Of a DNA stretch of 43,971 nt, positions 1 through 8,553 are shown one piece after another (the first letter of the stretch is position 1; every line of letters starts with the position of its first letter). The notes under the pieces were generated by a model. It searched no databases, was not told where the DNA came from, and was given only the letters and a program-made list of their open reading frames with translations. The stretch comes from a virus, in the IMG/VR virus record IMGVR_UViG_3300045988_020849, positions 1 through 43,971 of that record, one strand, 5' to 3'. A program made the translations under genes and the position numbers.

Positions 1-115
1 AAACGCGGTGGTTAGCGGAAACGCGGTGGTTAGCGGAAACGCGGTGGTTAGCGGAAACGCGTGGGTTCGCGGAAAAGCGTGGGTTCGCGGAAAAGCGTGG
101 GTTGGCGGAAACGCG
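1..115 (+). repeat. Tandem 18-nt repeats (ggaaacgcggtggttagc and variants) encoding hexapeptide repeats; continuation of the array at the 3' end of the window
   Basis: About six consecutive 18-nt units read directly. The first 46 nt are identical to the last 46 nt of the window. Confidence 0.9.
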
Positions 116-385
116 GAGATATTTAAAACGTCTCATTGCCTTGTAGTTGGCCCGATCGGTAGCAGAAATGATTTCACAACATTTTTCCGCACAAAGTATC
201 TTACAATCGGTGTAAAATGCGGATGCTTTAGAGGGGACATAGATCAATTTTTCGAAGCCGTAGAGAAAACGCATGGGAACAATAAGTATGCACGGGCGTA
301 TAAAGCTGCTATTGCACTGGCAAAGTTACAGATTGATTTAGGCGAGGAGGATTCCGATGAAGAAGAGACTGGAAAAGAAAGTTGA
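2..385 (+). CDS. C-terminal part of a hexapeptide-repeat (left-handed beta-helix-like) phage protein; the 5' part is 43744..43971 (gene spans the circular junction)
   Basis: Track ORF 8..385 opens in frame from nt 2 (NAVVSGNAVVSGNAWVRGKAW...). With a 10, 28 or 46 nt end overlap the frame matches the ORF that starts at 43744. Confidence 0.75.
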   Translation, partial: NAVVSGNAVVSGNAVVSGNAWVRGKAWVRGKAWVGGNAEIFKTSHCLVVGPIGSRNDFTTFFRTKYLTIGVKCGCFRGDIDQFFEAVEKTHGNNKYARAYKAAIALAKLQIDLGEEDSDEEETGKES

Positions 386-680
386 GAAGATGTACCGAAA
401 GAAGGTGCATGAGATTCTGGAAATGGTGCTGGAGATCAACGGCACACATTCCAGACAGAGAGCGCTTACTGGGAACAAGCCCACAGCGTTTTTTCACTTC
501 TCAGGGCATACGGCAGGAGTCGCTGTGAGTGTATACAATGATGGTTGGGACTCCGGGAACTCGAGTGACCACGCAATGGAATCCTATATTGATGTGCATA
601 TCAAAGACGCAGAGCTGACAGATCTTAAGAATAAAATCGAGAATGTCATGGAGGAGTTAAGACATGCCGGAAAGATGTGA
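357..680 (+). CDS. Hypothetical early protein (107 aa)
   Basis: Track ORF. ATG is preceded by GAGGAGG at 343-349. No recognisable motif. Confidence 0.6.
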   Translation: MKKRLEKKVEKMYRKKVHEILEMVLEINGTHSRQRALTGNKPTAFFHFSGHTAGVAVSVYNDGWDSGNSSDHAMESYIDVHIKDAELTDLKNKIENVMEELRHAGKM

Positions 681-825
681 CTGTTGCGGTGCATATCTGG
701 AGGACGGCGGTCTCCTCTGTGAGAAGTGCCGGAAGGATATGAAGCGCCGGATCAAACATAGAAACGAAAGAAACGAGAACAGAGTGAAAGAATTGGAGGT
801 AGCATATGAATCTGTACGAAATTAA
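664..825 (+). CDS. Small zinc-ribbon-like protein (53 aa)
   Basis: ORF below the track cutoff, MPERCDCCGAYLEDGGLLCEKCRK... with two Cys pairs. GGAGGAG lies ~7 nt upstream. It overlaps both neighbours. Confidence 0.45.
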   Translation: MPERCDCCGAYLEDGGLLCEKCRKDMKRRIKHRNERNENRVKELEVAYESVRN

Positions 826-1291
826 CGCCGCTCTTGAGCAGGCATACGAGGAAGCGGTAGATCCGGAGACGGGCGAGGTCATCGAGAACGCCGCATATGC
901 AGCCATTGACGGCTTGCAGATGGAACTTGAGGAGAAAACGGAGAACGTTCTTCTGTGGATCAAGAACTTACAGGCGGATGCGGAGGCACTGAAAAAGGAG
1001 AAGATGGCATTCGCCGACCGTCAGGCAAGAGTGGAAGCGAAAGCCGAAAGCCTTAAGAAGTATGTCAGTGGCGTTCTCAACGGGCAGAAGTTCCAGACGG
1101 CAAGGGTGTCAGCATCATGGAGAAAGTCAGAAGCCGTTGAGTATGTCGGCAACGTGAACGCACTGCCGGACTCCTGCATCAAGATCGCTGATCCGGTAGT
1201 GGACAAGACAGCACTCAAGAAGCTCTTGAAGAGTGGAGCAGAAATCGAAGGGGCGCGGCTGATCGCAAGGCAGAATCTCCAGATTAAGTAG
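806..1291 (+). CDS. Siphovirus Gp157 family protein
   Basis: N-terminus MNLYEINAALEQAYEEAVDPETGEV followed by a coiled-coil KNLQADAEALKKEK, typical of Gp157. It sits directly upstream of ERF. Confidence 0.75.
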   Translation: MNLYEINAALEQAYEEAVDPETGEVIENAAYAAIDGLQMELEEKTENVLLWIKNLQADAEALKKEKMAFADRQARVEAKAESLKKYVSGVLNGQKFQTARVSASWRKSEAVEYVGNVNALPDSCIKIADPVVDKTALKKLLKSGAEIEGARLIARQNLQIK

Positions 1292-1299
1292 GTGAGAGC

Positions 1300-1962
1300 A
1301 TGGAAGAGAAGAAAAAAATGAGTATCTATGAAACGATCCCGGCTGTTATGGCTGAGATCGGAGCGATCGGAAAAGACAGCTGGAACAAACAGGGATTTGC
1401 GTATCGCGGAATTGATGCAGTCATGAACGCGCTCAATCCGGCAATGACCAAATACAAAATGTTCGCCATCCCGAAAGTGCTGGATCAGAGGCGCGAGGAG
1501 CGCCAAGCAGCAAAGGGAAGCAACTTGATTTACTCCATTTGCACTGTAGAATATACATTCTATGCGGAGGACGGTTCTTCCGTTTCTGCCACGGTGATTG
1601 GCGAGGGAATGGACAGCGGAGATAAGGCAACGAACAAGGCAATGAGCGCGGCGTTCAAATATGCTTGCTTCCAGACATTTTGCATCCCGACTGAGGAAAT
1701 GAAAGACCCGGATGCAGAGACACCGCCGCCGAGCAAACCGGCAAAGCCAACACTGGAAGCCAAATACGTCAACACGCTGTTCGCCGAGCTTCAGCGGACC
1801 GGCATAGGGCTGAAAGGAATCTTGCAGACCTATAAAGTCGCTGACGTGCATGATCTGACATTTGACGACTGGAAAAAGGCTATGGATATCCTCAAGGGAA
1901 AGTCGGACAAGCCTGCACCGGAAGTACCGGATAAGGCTGATGAGGGCCTGCCGTGGAATTGA
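1300..1962 (+). CDS. erf: ERF-family single-strand annealing protein
   Basis: 220 aa with an ERF-like core (IGKDSWNKQGFAYRGIDAVMNALNPAMTKY..., GDKATNKAMSAAFKYACFQTFCIPT). Confidence 0.8.
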   Translation: MEEKKKMSIYETIPAVMAEIGAIGKDSWNKQGFAYRGIDAVMNALNPAMTKYKMFAIPKVLDQRREERQAAKGSNLIYSICTVEYTFYAEDGSSVSATVIGEGMDSGDKATNKAMSAAFKYACFQTFCIPTEEMKDPDAETPPPSKPAKPTLEAKYVNTLFAELQRTGIGLKGILQTYKVADVHDLTFDDWKKAMDILKGKSDKPAPEVPDKADEGLPWN

Positions 1963-1973
1963 GGTGATGACGC

Positions 1974-2546
1974 ATGGAATGTACCGGAAAGCTCAAGGGA
2001 GTCGCGAAGGACTGGGTGAGCGGAAAATGGAACCTCACATTCGAGGTTGACGGCGACATCATCGCAGGGATCGACCAGATTAAGGACAAGCTCCTGACGG
2101 TGATCGCGAAACAGTACCGCAAGAAACGGAGCCTTGACGCAAACGGGATGTACTGGAAGCTCCTTAGTGAGCTTGCGGAAGTGTTGAAAGTCAGCAAGCC
2201 GTGGATGCATAACGAACTGTTAAGGCGGTACGGACAGCTTGAGATGATCGAGGGGCAGTGCGTACCGCTTCGGATCCCGGACACCGATGAAGCCTATCAG
2301 AAAGCGCTGGAGGCGGAAGAGTATCACATCCGCCCCACATCGCAGACGATCGAGCGGAACGGAAAGCGTGACAGAGTATACTATCTCCTTCGCGGATCGC
2401 ATGATTATGATACGAAAGAGTTCTCTGAGCTCCTGAGCGGACTTATAAGCGAATGCAAGGAGCAGGGCATACCAACAATCGCACCGGACGAGTTCAAGCG
2501 GCTCATGGACGCGTATGAAGCGCAGAAAGGCGGCAAACATGGCTAA
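1974..2546 (+). CDS. NinB/Orf-like recombination mediator (tentative)
   Basis: Segment YRKKRSLDANGMYWKLLSELAEVL resembles the RSLDQN..LW motif of lambda NinB. It lies downstream of ERF. Confidence 0.4.
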   Translation: MECTGKLKGVAKDWVSGKWNLTFEVDGDIIAGIDQIKDKLLTVIAKQYRKKRSLDANGMYWKLLSELAEVLKVSKPWMHNELLRRYGQLEMIEGQCVPLRIPDTDEAYQKALEAEEYHIRPTSQTIERNGKRDRVYYLLRGSHDYDTKEFSELLSGLISECKEQGIPTIAPDEFKRLMDAYEAQKGGKHG

Positions 2547-2835
2547 GAGATTATGGAGCATCTTCACAGATGATATGGATCACTGCTTTTTCACAGGATC
2601 CCCGGAAGTGGAACGGCATCATGTTTTCGGTGCCGCGAATCGGTCACGATCCGAAACATACGGCTATGTGATCCCATTACATCCGACTTTGCATCCGAAT
2701 GGGGCAAGATTCAAACACACGAGAGAGAATCTCAAGATAGGTGATTATCTCAAACAGCGCTGCCAGCGGGACTATGAAAAGAATCACGGCAGCAGAGAGG
2801 ACTTCATCCGAGAATTTGGAGAGTCATATTTGTAA
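2539..2835 (+). CDS. Conserved phage protein with an HH...H motif (possible beta-beta-alpha-Me/HNH-like nuclease)
   Basis: Motif ERHHVFGAANRSRSE...PLHPTLHPNG. Start chosen at ATG 2539 (GAAAGG upstream); track ORF begins at 2515. Confidence 0.35.
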   Translation: MAKRLWSIFTDDMDHCFFTGSPEVERHHVFGAANRSRSETYGYVIPLHPTLHPNGARFKHTRENLKIGDYLKQRCQRDYEKNHGSREDFIREFGESYL

Positions 2836-2937
2836 CAGCCTCATGATGGCACTTATTACATGTCACACACCTTACTGAGTGCCATTTTAACTATATCTCT
2901 TGTCCCGGTGATAAGCCGGGACGGAAGGGAGGAGCCA

Positions 2938-3273
2938 ATGAGAAAGGTAGATATGGCAGTAGTCGAGGCGGACGTCTGGAACTGCCTGAACATCGGAAAA
3001 GAAAAGGCTGTGAGCCGCTCATATATCTCCGCCTGTACCGGATACGAAGACAGGACCGTCCGGGAAGCGATCGAACGTCTGAGGAAAGAAAAAGCAATTC
3101 TTACTTGTACAGATGGAAAAGGCTATTATATCGCTTCTGAGGACGAAGAGGGGGGCCGTGCGGCGATTGAATGGGTGACAGGGCAGAACCGGCGGGCGGA
3201 ATCCATTAGAGCCTCCTGCCGGGGCGCTCAGAAGCTCATAAGCAGAATACAGCAGATGGAGATGGACACATGA
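2938..3273 (+). CDS. Hypothetical protein, probable winged-helix DNA binding
   Basis: ATG 2938 is preceded by GGGAGGAG. Track ORF 2860..3273 has an implausible hydrophobic extension. Confidence 0.5.
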   Translation: MRKVDMAVVEADVWNCLNIGKEKAVSRSYISACTGYEDRTVREAIERLRKEKAILTCTDGKGYYIASEDEEGGRAAIEWVTGQNRRAESIRASCRGAQKLISRIQQMEMDT

Positions 3274-3647
3274 AGTACAGTTTCACGATCCCCGGGAGGA
3301 TGAGAGGGCTCAACGAATACATAGACTCCTGCCGGAGAAACGCAAAAGGCGGCGGCAGGATGAAGCGGAAGGAACAGGATTGGGTTGTGTTCTGCATCCG
3401 CAACAAGCTCCGCGGAGTTCATATCAAGCACCCGGTCATCATCCATTATCACTGGTACGAGCCGAACCGGCGGCGCGATCTCGATAACATCGCCGGTTTC
3501 GGTCACAAGGTGATCCAGGATGCGCTGGTGGAGTGTGGAGTGCTTGCCAATGATGGATGGAAAGAGGTTTGCGGATTCACGGACACCTTCTCCGTCTCAC
3601 AGAAAGAGCCTTACATTACAGTAGAGCTTGAGGAGGTGAGCCGATGA
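3270..3647 (+). CDS. rusA: RusA-family Holliday junction resolvase
   Basis: 125 aa with the RRRDLDNIAG motif and RusA-like length. ATGA overlap with the upstream gene. Confidence 0.8.
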   Translation: MKYSFTIPGRMRGLNEYIDSCRRNAKGGGRMKRKEQDWVVFCIRNKLRGVHIKHPVIIHYHWYEPNRRRDLDNIAGFGHKVIQDALVECGVLANDGWKEVCGFTDTFSVSQKEPYITVELEEVSR

Positions 3648-4285
3648 CAAGAGACAGTATGGTTTTCTATCGCAGCTTCTTTGAGGCGGTGGAAGATCTG
3701 CCGCCGGAAGACTTCAAGCAGGCGGTAACGGCGATCATGCGGTATGCGTTGGATGGAACAGCCGATGATGTCAAGGGCGTTGCAAAGTCGATTCTCATCA
3801 TGGCAAGACCGCAGATCGACAAAAACAACAAGCGTTATGAGAACGGGACAAGGGGCGGTAGAAAACCAAACGATAACCAAACGATAACCAAAACGGAACC
3901 AAAATGCATTAGCTCAAAACCTAATGTAAATGTAAATGATAATGTAAATGATATAAAAGAAAACACTCTAAAGAGTGTTAAAGAAAAGCGCTTCGCGCCA
4001 CCCACCCCGGAGGATGTGAGGGAATATTGCCGGGAAAAGGGCTTGAACGTGGATGCTGATCGCTTTGTTGATTTCTACGAGTCAAAAAACTGGTATGTCG
4101 GGAAAAACAAGATGAAAGACTGGAAAGCAGCAGTGAGGAACTGGGCAAGAAGCCAGAGCCAGCGGCAGGAATCGACCGCCAAAGGCGCTGAGAAGCCCAG
4201 AAATCGCTTTGCCAACTTCCAGCAGCGGGATTATGACTATGATGCTCTGATTGCCCAGGAAATGACAAGCAGGAGCGGCACATAG
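3644..4285 (+). CDS. Phage replication-associated protein (DUF6291 / replisome-organizer-like)
   Basis: N-terminus MVFYRSFFEAVEDLPPEDFKQAVTAIMRYALDG and C-terminal FVDFYESKNWYVGKNKMKDWKAAVRNWAR, typical of Firmicutes phage replication-module proteins. Confidence 0.55.
   Translation: MTRDSMVFYRSFFEAVEDLPPEDFKQAVTAIMRYALDGTADDVKGVAKSILIMARPQIDKNNKRYENGTRGGRKPNDNQTITKTEPKCISSKPNVNVNDNVNDIKENTLKSVKEKRFAPPTPEDVREYCREKGLNVDADRFVDFYESKNWYVGKNKMKDWKAAVRNWARSQSQRQESTAKGAEKPRNRFANFQQRDYDYDALIAQEMTSRSGT
3864..3950. repeat. Iteron-like direct repeats inside the replication gene (candidate origin)
   Basis: Four tandem 11-bp units of AACCAAA(A)CGR type at 3864-3907, then three TGTAAATG copies at 3925-3950, in an AT-rich linker-coding stretch. 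Confidence 0.45.
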
Positions 4286-4300
4286 TCGGAAAGGAGCGTT

Positions 4301-4603
4301 ATGCGAGCGAGAGACAGAGGGTATAGCGAGTATGGGATCCCGCCGGATGATGTCAGGCGCGTCCGGGATTACTGCCGGAAGATGGGACGAGAGGACCGGT
4401 TGAGACTCTTCCAGTGCGCAATTTCTAACGCTCCGGGGCTCGAACTGCTGATTTACGAGAGCCTGACGGAGGGTGTTGGATATGATCGACTGGATCGTAA
4501 GCGCGGAGTCCCGGCAAAATCGGATGATTTTTACGCATACCAGAGAAAAACCGTGGCAGAGTTCTACGACTGGTTGCGGCTGACAGGGAGGTGGAACGAA
4601 TGA
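4301..4603 (+). CDS. Hypothetical early protein (100 aa)
   Basis: Track ORF with a GGAAAGGAG RBS upstream. Confidence 0.6.
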   Translation: MRARDRGYSEYGIPPDDVRRVRDYCRKMGREDRLRLFQCAISNAPGLELLIYESLTEGVGYDRLDRKRGVPAKSDDFYAYQRKTVAEFYDWLRLTGRWNE

Positions 4604-4887
4604 GAGCAAAGCTCTATGATGTACTGGACACAAAAACCGGCGTGATGATCGGAGAAGGGCTTCGGTGCCGGGAAGTCAGTAATCTGATTGATGTTGATCT
4701 GGACCATATTTCACAGTATGCCGGACGTGGGCAGCGTTGCAAGAGGAGATATATCATCATGCCGTGTGGCGAGGTAACGGCAGAGCATCCGCGCAAGGAG
4801 TTACTTGCAAAAGAATGGGACAAGGTCAGAATGCGGATTCTGGCAGTCAAAAGAAAAGAGGTGGGCAAATGCTTGCGTACGGAGTGA
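4600..4887 (+). CDS. Hypothetical small protein, paralog 1 of a tandem pair
   Basis: ATG 4600 makes an ATGA overlap with the upstream stop, and GGGAGG lies upstream. It shares the pattern Y.V.D..TGe.I......LI......G...RY.I..GE...WD..R with the next ORF. Confidence 0.55.
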   Translation: MRAKLYDVLDTKTGVMIGEGLRCREVSNLIDVDLDHISQYAGRGQRCKRRYIIMPCGEVTAEHPRKELLAKEWDKVRMRILAVKRKEVGKCLRTE

Positions 4888-5120
4888 AGGACCTCACGAC
4901 CGGAGAAGATATCTGCCACAAGGCAACGCGGCAGCAGGTCGCGGATCTGATCGGCGCACCTGTCGGACGAGTTCCGAGCATGGCGAAAGCCGGGAGACTG
5001 CACGATGGCAGATACTTGATCCATGTCGAGGGCGAGCTTGAGGATCTTGTGGACGAGGAGTTCCGCGAGAGATGGGACGAAGCGAGGAAGTCCGTGATGA
5101 ACGGGCTCCGGAAAGAATAG
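4869..5120 (+). CDS. Hypothetical small protein, paralog 2 of a tandem pair
   Basis: ATG 4869 is preceded by GAGGTGG. Track ORF 4737..5120 is extended upstream into the previous gene. Confidence 0.55.
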   Translation: MLAYGVKDLTTGEDICHKATRQQVADLIGAPVGRVPSMAKAGRLHDGRYLIHVEGELEDLVDEEFRERWDEARKSVMNGLRKE

Positions 5121-5130
5121 AGGAGAAGAA

Positions 5131-5466
5131 ATGCAGTTGGGAACAAATGAAACAAAGTTGCAGAGGTACACACAGTCACAGATTTTTATGTCACGTGTTG
5201 CCGCTGCAAAGAAAAAAGTTAAGCGCGGAGATAGGCTGACGGTGTGGACGCTCAAAGTAGGATCAAAAGAAGCTTGCAACAACAGAACGGAAGTCCACAG
5301 AAAAGCAAAAGTGATTGCAGTTTATCCACATTTTGTTCATGCAAGACTGGTGAACCCGTATCCTGGGCGGACTGGATGCGAAGAGAGCTTCCGTTGGGAT
5401 GATATTGTGAAATGGAATAAGTATTTATGGGAGGGTGCACAGAATGAAAGTGTTAGTTGCATGTGA
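5131..5466 (+). CDS. Hypothetical protein (111 aa)
   Basis: Track ORF with a GAGGAG RBS 6 nt upstream. Confidence 0.55.
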   Translation: MQLGTNETKLQRYTQSQIFMSRVAAAKKKVKRGDRLTVWTLKVGSKEACNNRTEVHRKAKVIAVYPHFVHARLVNPYPGRTGCEESFRWDDIVKWNKYLWEGAQNESVSCM

Positions 5467-6112
5467 AGAGTCACAGACTGTTTGTAAGGCGTTTCGCGAC
5501 TTAGGACATGAAGCGTATAGCTGCGACATTAAAAAGCCGTCTGGTGGACACCCAGAGTGGCACATATTGGGAGACGCACTTACTCAGCTGCAAGGTGGGG
5601 TTGTAACCACAATGGACGGAAAAGAGCATGATGTGGGCACATGGGATTTGCTGATTGCTCACCCGCCTTGCACATACCTAGCCGTTACCGGGAATCGCTG
5701 GTTTAATATTTCACGGTATGGCAGAAAAGCGGTTCAACGTTACAAAGACCGCGAAGCAGCAGCTGATTTCTTTATGCGGTTCGTTGAATGTAGCTCTCCA
5801 AGAGTTGCTATTGAAAACCCTATTGGGTATATGTCAACAGCGTATCAAAAACCAACTCAAATCATTCACCCGTATATGTTTGGTGACCCAGCAAGAAAAG
5901 CAACCTGTTTATGGCTAAAGGGTCTGCCGAAACTAACACCTACCGATATAGTGGAGCCTGACATTATTCGCTATAAAAACGGTAACGGCACAGATAATCC
6001 GTGGCACATGGAAACTCTGAAATTGCCACCAGCGGAGAGAGCAAAGGCGCGAAGTAAGACGTTCCCCGGAATCGCGAAGGCAATGGCGGAACAATGGGGA
6101 GGTAAGACATGA
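5444..6112 (+). CDS. Short atypical C5-cytosine-methyltransferase-like protein
   Basis: Has a motif IV-like AHPPCTYLA and a motif VI-like AIENPIG. The N-terminus MKVLVACEESQ lacks the F.G.G SAM motif. The 222 aa leave no room for a target recognition domain. ATG 5444 follows GGGAGGG. Confidence 0.5.
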   Translation: MKVLVACEESQTVCKAFRDLGHEAYSCDIKKPSGGHPEWHILGDALTQLQGGVVTTMDGKEHDVGTWDLLIAHPPCTYLAVTGNRWFNISRYGRKAVQRYKDREAAADFFMRFVECSSPRVAIENPIGYMSTAYQKPTQIIHPYMFGDPARKATCLWLKGLPKLTPTDIVEPDIIRYKNGNGTDNPWHMETLKLPPAERAKARSKTFPGIAKAMAEQWGGKT

Positions 6113-6288
6113 ATGATGAAATGGCAACCACAGCAGATTTGCGTGATCTAAGAAAACTCATTCACGAGGTCACAGGATACCGGCTTTTGACAAGGAGTGA
6201 AGTTCATCAGATTGCCATAATTTTGGAGCACGCAGTAGATCGCGAGCTTGCAAAAGCAGTTATGGAACAGGAGGGCGGTAAGGAATGA
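6109..6288 (+). CDS. Small hypothetical protein (59 aa)
   Basis: ORF below the track cutoff, with ATGA overlaps at both ends and GGGAGG 7 nt upstream. Confidence 0.5.
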   Translation: MNDEMATTADLRDLRKLIHEVTGYRLLTRSEVHQIAIILEHAVDRELAKAVMEQEGGKE

Positions 6289-6617
6289 AGGTAATGATTG
6301 ATGAGAACGGAGTCGCAGACGTATATGACGATACCTATGACATCGTGATCCACTGCGAGAGCGAGGAAGATCAGAAGGATGCAGAATTGGCGTTAAAAAA
6401 TGTGCGGAGATGGATCCCGGTGACGGAACGTCTTCCGGAGCTTGGGGAATATGTGTTGATTTCATTTTCCAACTTCACTCTCCCATGCATTGGAAGATAT
6501 GACGAGGACGAAGAGGGCGGAGCATGGTTTAATGGTGACGAGACAGAATCACTCGTTAGCCAGGACATGTATGTGAATGCATGGATGCCACTGCCAGAGC
6601 CATATGAGGAGGAATGA
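6285..6617 (+). CDS. DUF551-like phage protein
   Basis: C-terminal pattern RWIPVTERLPE...VLISF...VNAWMPLPEPY is typical of DUF551. Confidence 0.6.
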   Translation: MKVMIDENGVADVYDDTYDIVIHCESEEDQKDAELALKNVRRWIPVTERLPELGEYVLISFSNFTLPCIGRYDEDEEGGAWFNGDETESLVSQDMYVNAWMPLPEPYEEE

Positions 6618-6997
6618 TGTCAAAGCACAAAACAATCCCCAAGAAAATCAGAGAACAACTGTATGAAAAATATAATCGCAAGTGCGCCTATTGCGGGTGC
6701 CCGATAGAGTATAAAGACATGCAGATAGATCATGTAGAGTCGATTTATTTGCATGGAGACTACAAGCAGGACATGACGGAGTCGGAATTATATGATACAG
6801 AAAACCTCCTTCCCGCGTGCCGACAGTGCAATCTATATAAGTCGGCAATGCCGGTAGAAAAATTCAGAGCAAGGATCACTAATACATTGATGCGCAACTT
6901 GCAGAGGACATTTTCTTATCAGATGGCACTTAAGTATGGGCTTATCGAGGAACACATAGGCACCATAAGATTTTATTTTGAAAGGATGGAGAAATGA
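6614..6997 (+). CDS. HNH endonuclease
   Basis: CAYCGCPIEYKDMQIDHVESI...NLLPACRQCNLYK matches the HNH pattern (CxxC, DH, N, CxxCN.K). Confidence 0.8.
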   Translation: MMSKHKTIPKKIREQLYEKYNRKCAYCGCPIEYKDMQIDHVESIYLHGDYKQDMTESELYDTENLLPACRQCNLYKSAMPVEKFRARITNTLMRNLQRTFSYQMALKYGLIEEHIGTIRFYFERMEK

Positions 6998-7383
6998 TGA
7001 ATGAGCGCTATAGATACCGTGGGATAACCACAGGCGGCCGATGGAGACATGGATATATCAGTAACAGCACGGATGGAAAACGGTGGTATATCAGCAACAG
7101 CGCCGGAAGACCATTTGCATACGAGGTATGTCCTGACACCATCTGCCAGTGCACCGGACTCCGGGACAAGAATGGTAAGCCTATCTTCGAACACGACATT
7201 CTCTCCGGACCTCTGGATCCGGATTATCCTGAGATCGAAATACGGGTAGTCGTGAGATGGGAAGGCTGCGGATTCGTGACGCGCCGGCCCCCATATTTTC
7301 AGGAGTTGACGGATGAGCCGTCACCACTGGATAAGTGGGACTGTGAGCACTTCGAGGTGATCGGGAATGAGTTCGATAACTAG
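6994..7383 (+). CDS. YopX family protein
   Basis: QCTGLRDKNGKPIFEHDIL and C-terminal EVIGNEFDN are characteristic of YopX. Confidence 0.75.
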   Translation: MMNERYRYRGITTGGRWRHGYISNSTDGKRWYISNSAGRPFAYEVCPDTICQCTGLRDKNGKPIFEHDILSGPLDPDYPEIEIRVVVRWEGCGFVTRRPPYFQELTDEPSPLDKWDCEHFEVIGNEFDN

Positions 7384-7406
7384 GAACTGATGGAGGAGTG
7401 AAGCGT

Positions 7407-7658
7407 ATGAAGATCAAAACAAAAGCATTTGGCAAAATTTGGATCGTACGACAACCCGAGGATGATAAGAGACAGTGTCAATTACAGGCGGCTATTGAAA
7501 AAGCGGATCCGCGAAAACCAGACATGGAGTCTTCCGGTGCATGGGTATGCCCGCGATGCGGAGTAATGCAAGATGAATGGAATCAGTACGGATACTGCCC
7601 GGAATGCGGGCAGAGGATCGACTGGGAAGGAATTAAGGATGAGGAGGAAGAAGAATGA
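7407..7658 (+). CDS. Zinc-ribbon protein
   Basis: CPRCG...CPECG pairs. ATG 7407 lies 8 nt after GGAGGAG. Confidence 0.55.
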   Translation: MKIKTKAFGKIWIVRQPEDDKRQCQLQAAIEKADPRKPDMESSGAWVCPRCGVMQDEWNQYGYCPECGQRIDWEGIKDEEEEE

Positions 7659-8263
7659 TCAGACCTATACTATTTAACAGTGAAATGGTGCGGGCGATTC
7701 TGGACGAAAGAAAGAGTTGCACGCGCAGACTTGTAAAGCCGGAACCACAAGGATATTTTGAAGTAAACGAAGAACCGCTGTATATATATGACACAGATGG
7801 AAATCAAGGAAAAATTACACCGCCATATCATCCTGGCGATATTCTTTATGTCCGCGAAACATGGGGAGAAGGATATGAGGACGGAACATATATTTACAAG
7901 GCTTCTGATAAGTTAGCAAACCATCCGATGTTTAAGGAATCATCAAAGCTACTGTATCATCCATCAATTCACATGCCGAAAGAAGCTGCTCGTATCTGGT
8001 TGAAGGTTACGGATGTTCGGGTGGAACGTTTGCAGGAATGTGGAGAAGGATGGTGTATTGATATTGAAAAAGAGGGCATTGTAACCCCACAGGACGCTAT
8101 CTTATACATAAGTGATGACGCTTTTCATAACGCATTAAGGATGGAATTTCAAAAAATTTGGGACAGCACCATCAAGAAATCCGACATTGACCGCTATGGA
8201 TGGGATGCGAATCCGTGGGTTTGGGTGATCAAATTTGAACGGTGCGGAAAACCGGAGGAATAA
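7655..8263 (+). CDS. ASCH/PUA-like phage protein
   Basis: N-terminus MIRPILFNSEMVRAILDERKSCTRR, then GDILYVRETW and MPKEAARIWLKVTDVRVERLQ, a pattern common in ASCH-annotated phage proteins. Confidence 0.5.
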   Translation: MIRPILFNSEMVRAILDERKSCTRRLVKPEPQGYFEVNEEPLYIYDTDGNQGKITPPYHPGDILYVRETWGEGYEDGTYIYKASDKLANHPMFKESSKLLYHPSIHMPKEAARIWLKVTDVRVERLQECGEGWCIDIEKEGIVTPQDAILYISDDAFHNALRMEFQKIWDSTIKKSDIDRYGWDANPWVWVIKFERCGKPEE

Positions 8264-8277
8264 GGAGGACTGAAAGA

Positions 8278-8553
8278 ATGAAGCGTGAGGATTATATCGT
8301 TGATAAGAATGACGCAGATGCGGTAAAAGCATTTGAGACTCAGCGAGACAAAATGGATGAAATACTGACACGAACATATGATTTGGGGCAGCTAAACGCA
8401 TTAGAAGTGCTGATCAATGCAGTAGACGATGGAACATGGGATAATTTGACATATGAAAGGGTTGTTGCGGTGAGAGATGCGCTGGAACGATTGATGCAGT
8501 CTGATAGTAATATCCACAGAGGAGAAAAGACAGATGACACCAAAGAGATGTGA
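8278..8553 (+). CDS. Hypothetical protein (91 aa)
   Basis: ATG 8278 is preceded by AGGAGG. Track ORF starts at GTG 8242 inside the previous gene. Confidence 0.55.
   Translation: MKREDYIVDKNDADAVKAFETQRDKMDEILTRTYDLGQLNALEVLINAVDDGTWDNLTYERVVAVRDALERLMQSDSNIHRGEKTDDTKEM

Noticed and set aside
1-115. The 18-nt tandem repeats at both window ends as a CRISPR array
   Set aside because: The repeats are contiguous with no spacers. They are in frame within a protein-coding gene and encode a hexapeptide beta-helix repeat.
1021-1851. Long antisense ORFs opposite clear plus-strand genes (1021..1851, 4614..5282, 12752..13330, 15917..16600, 20667..21356, 29597..30328, 31775..32455, 25132..25695 and similar)
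   Set aside because: They are shadow ORFs on the opposite strand of genes with recognisable products. They have no RBS, Ser/Arg/Cys-rich unnatural composition and no motifs.
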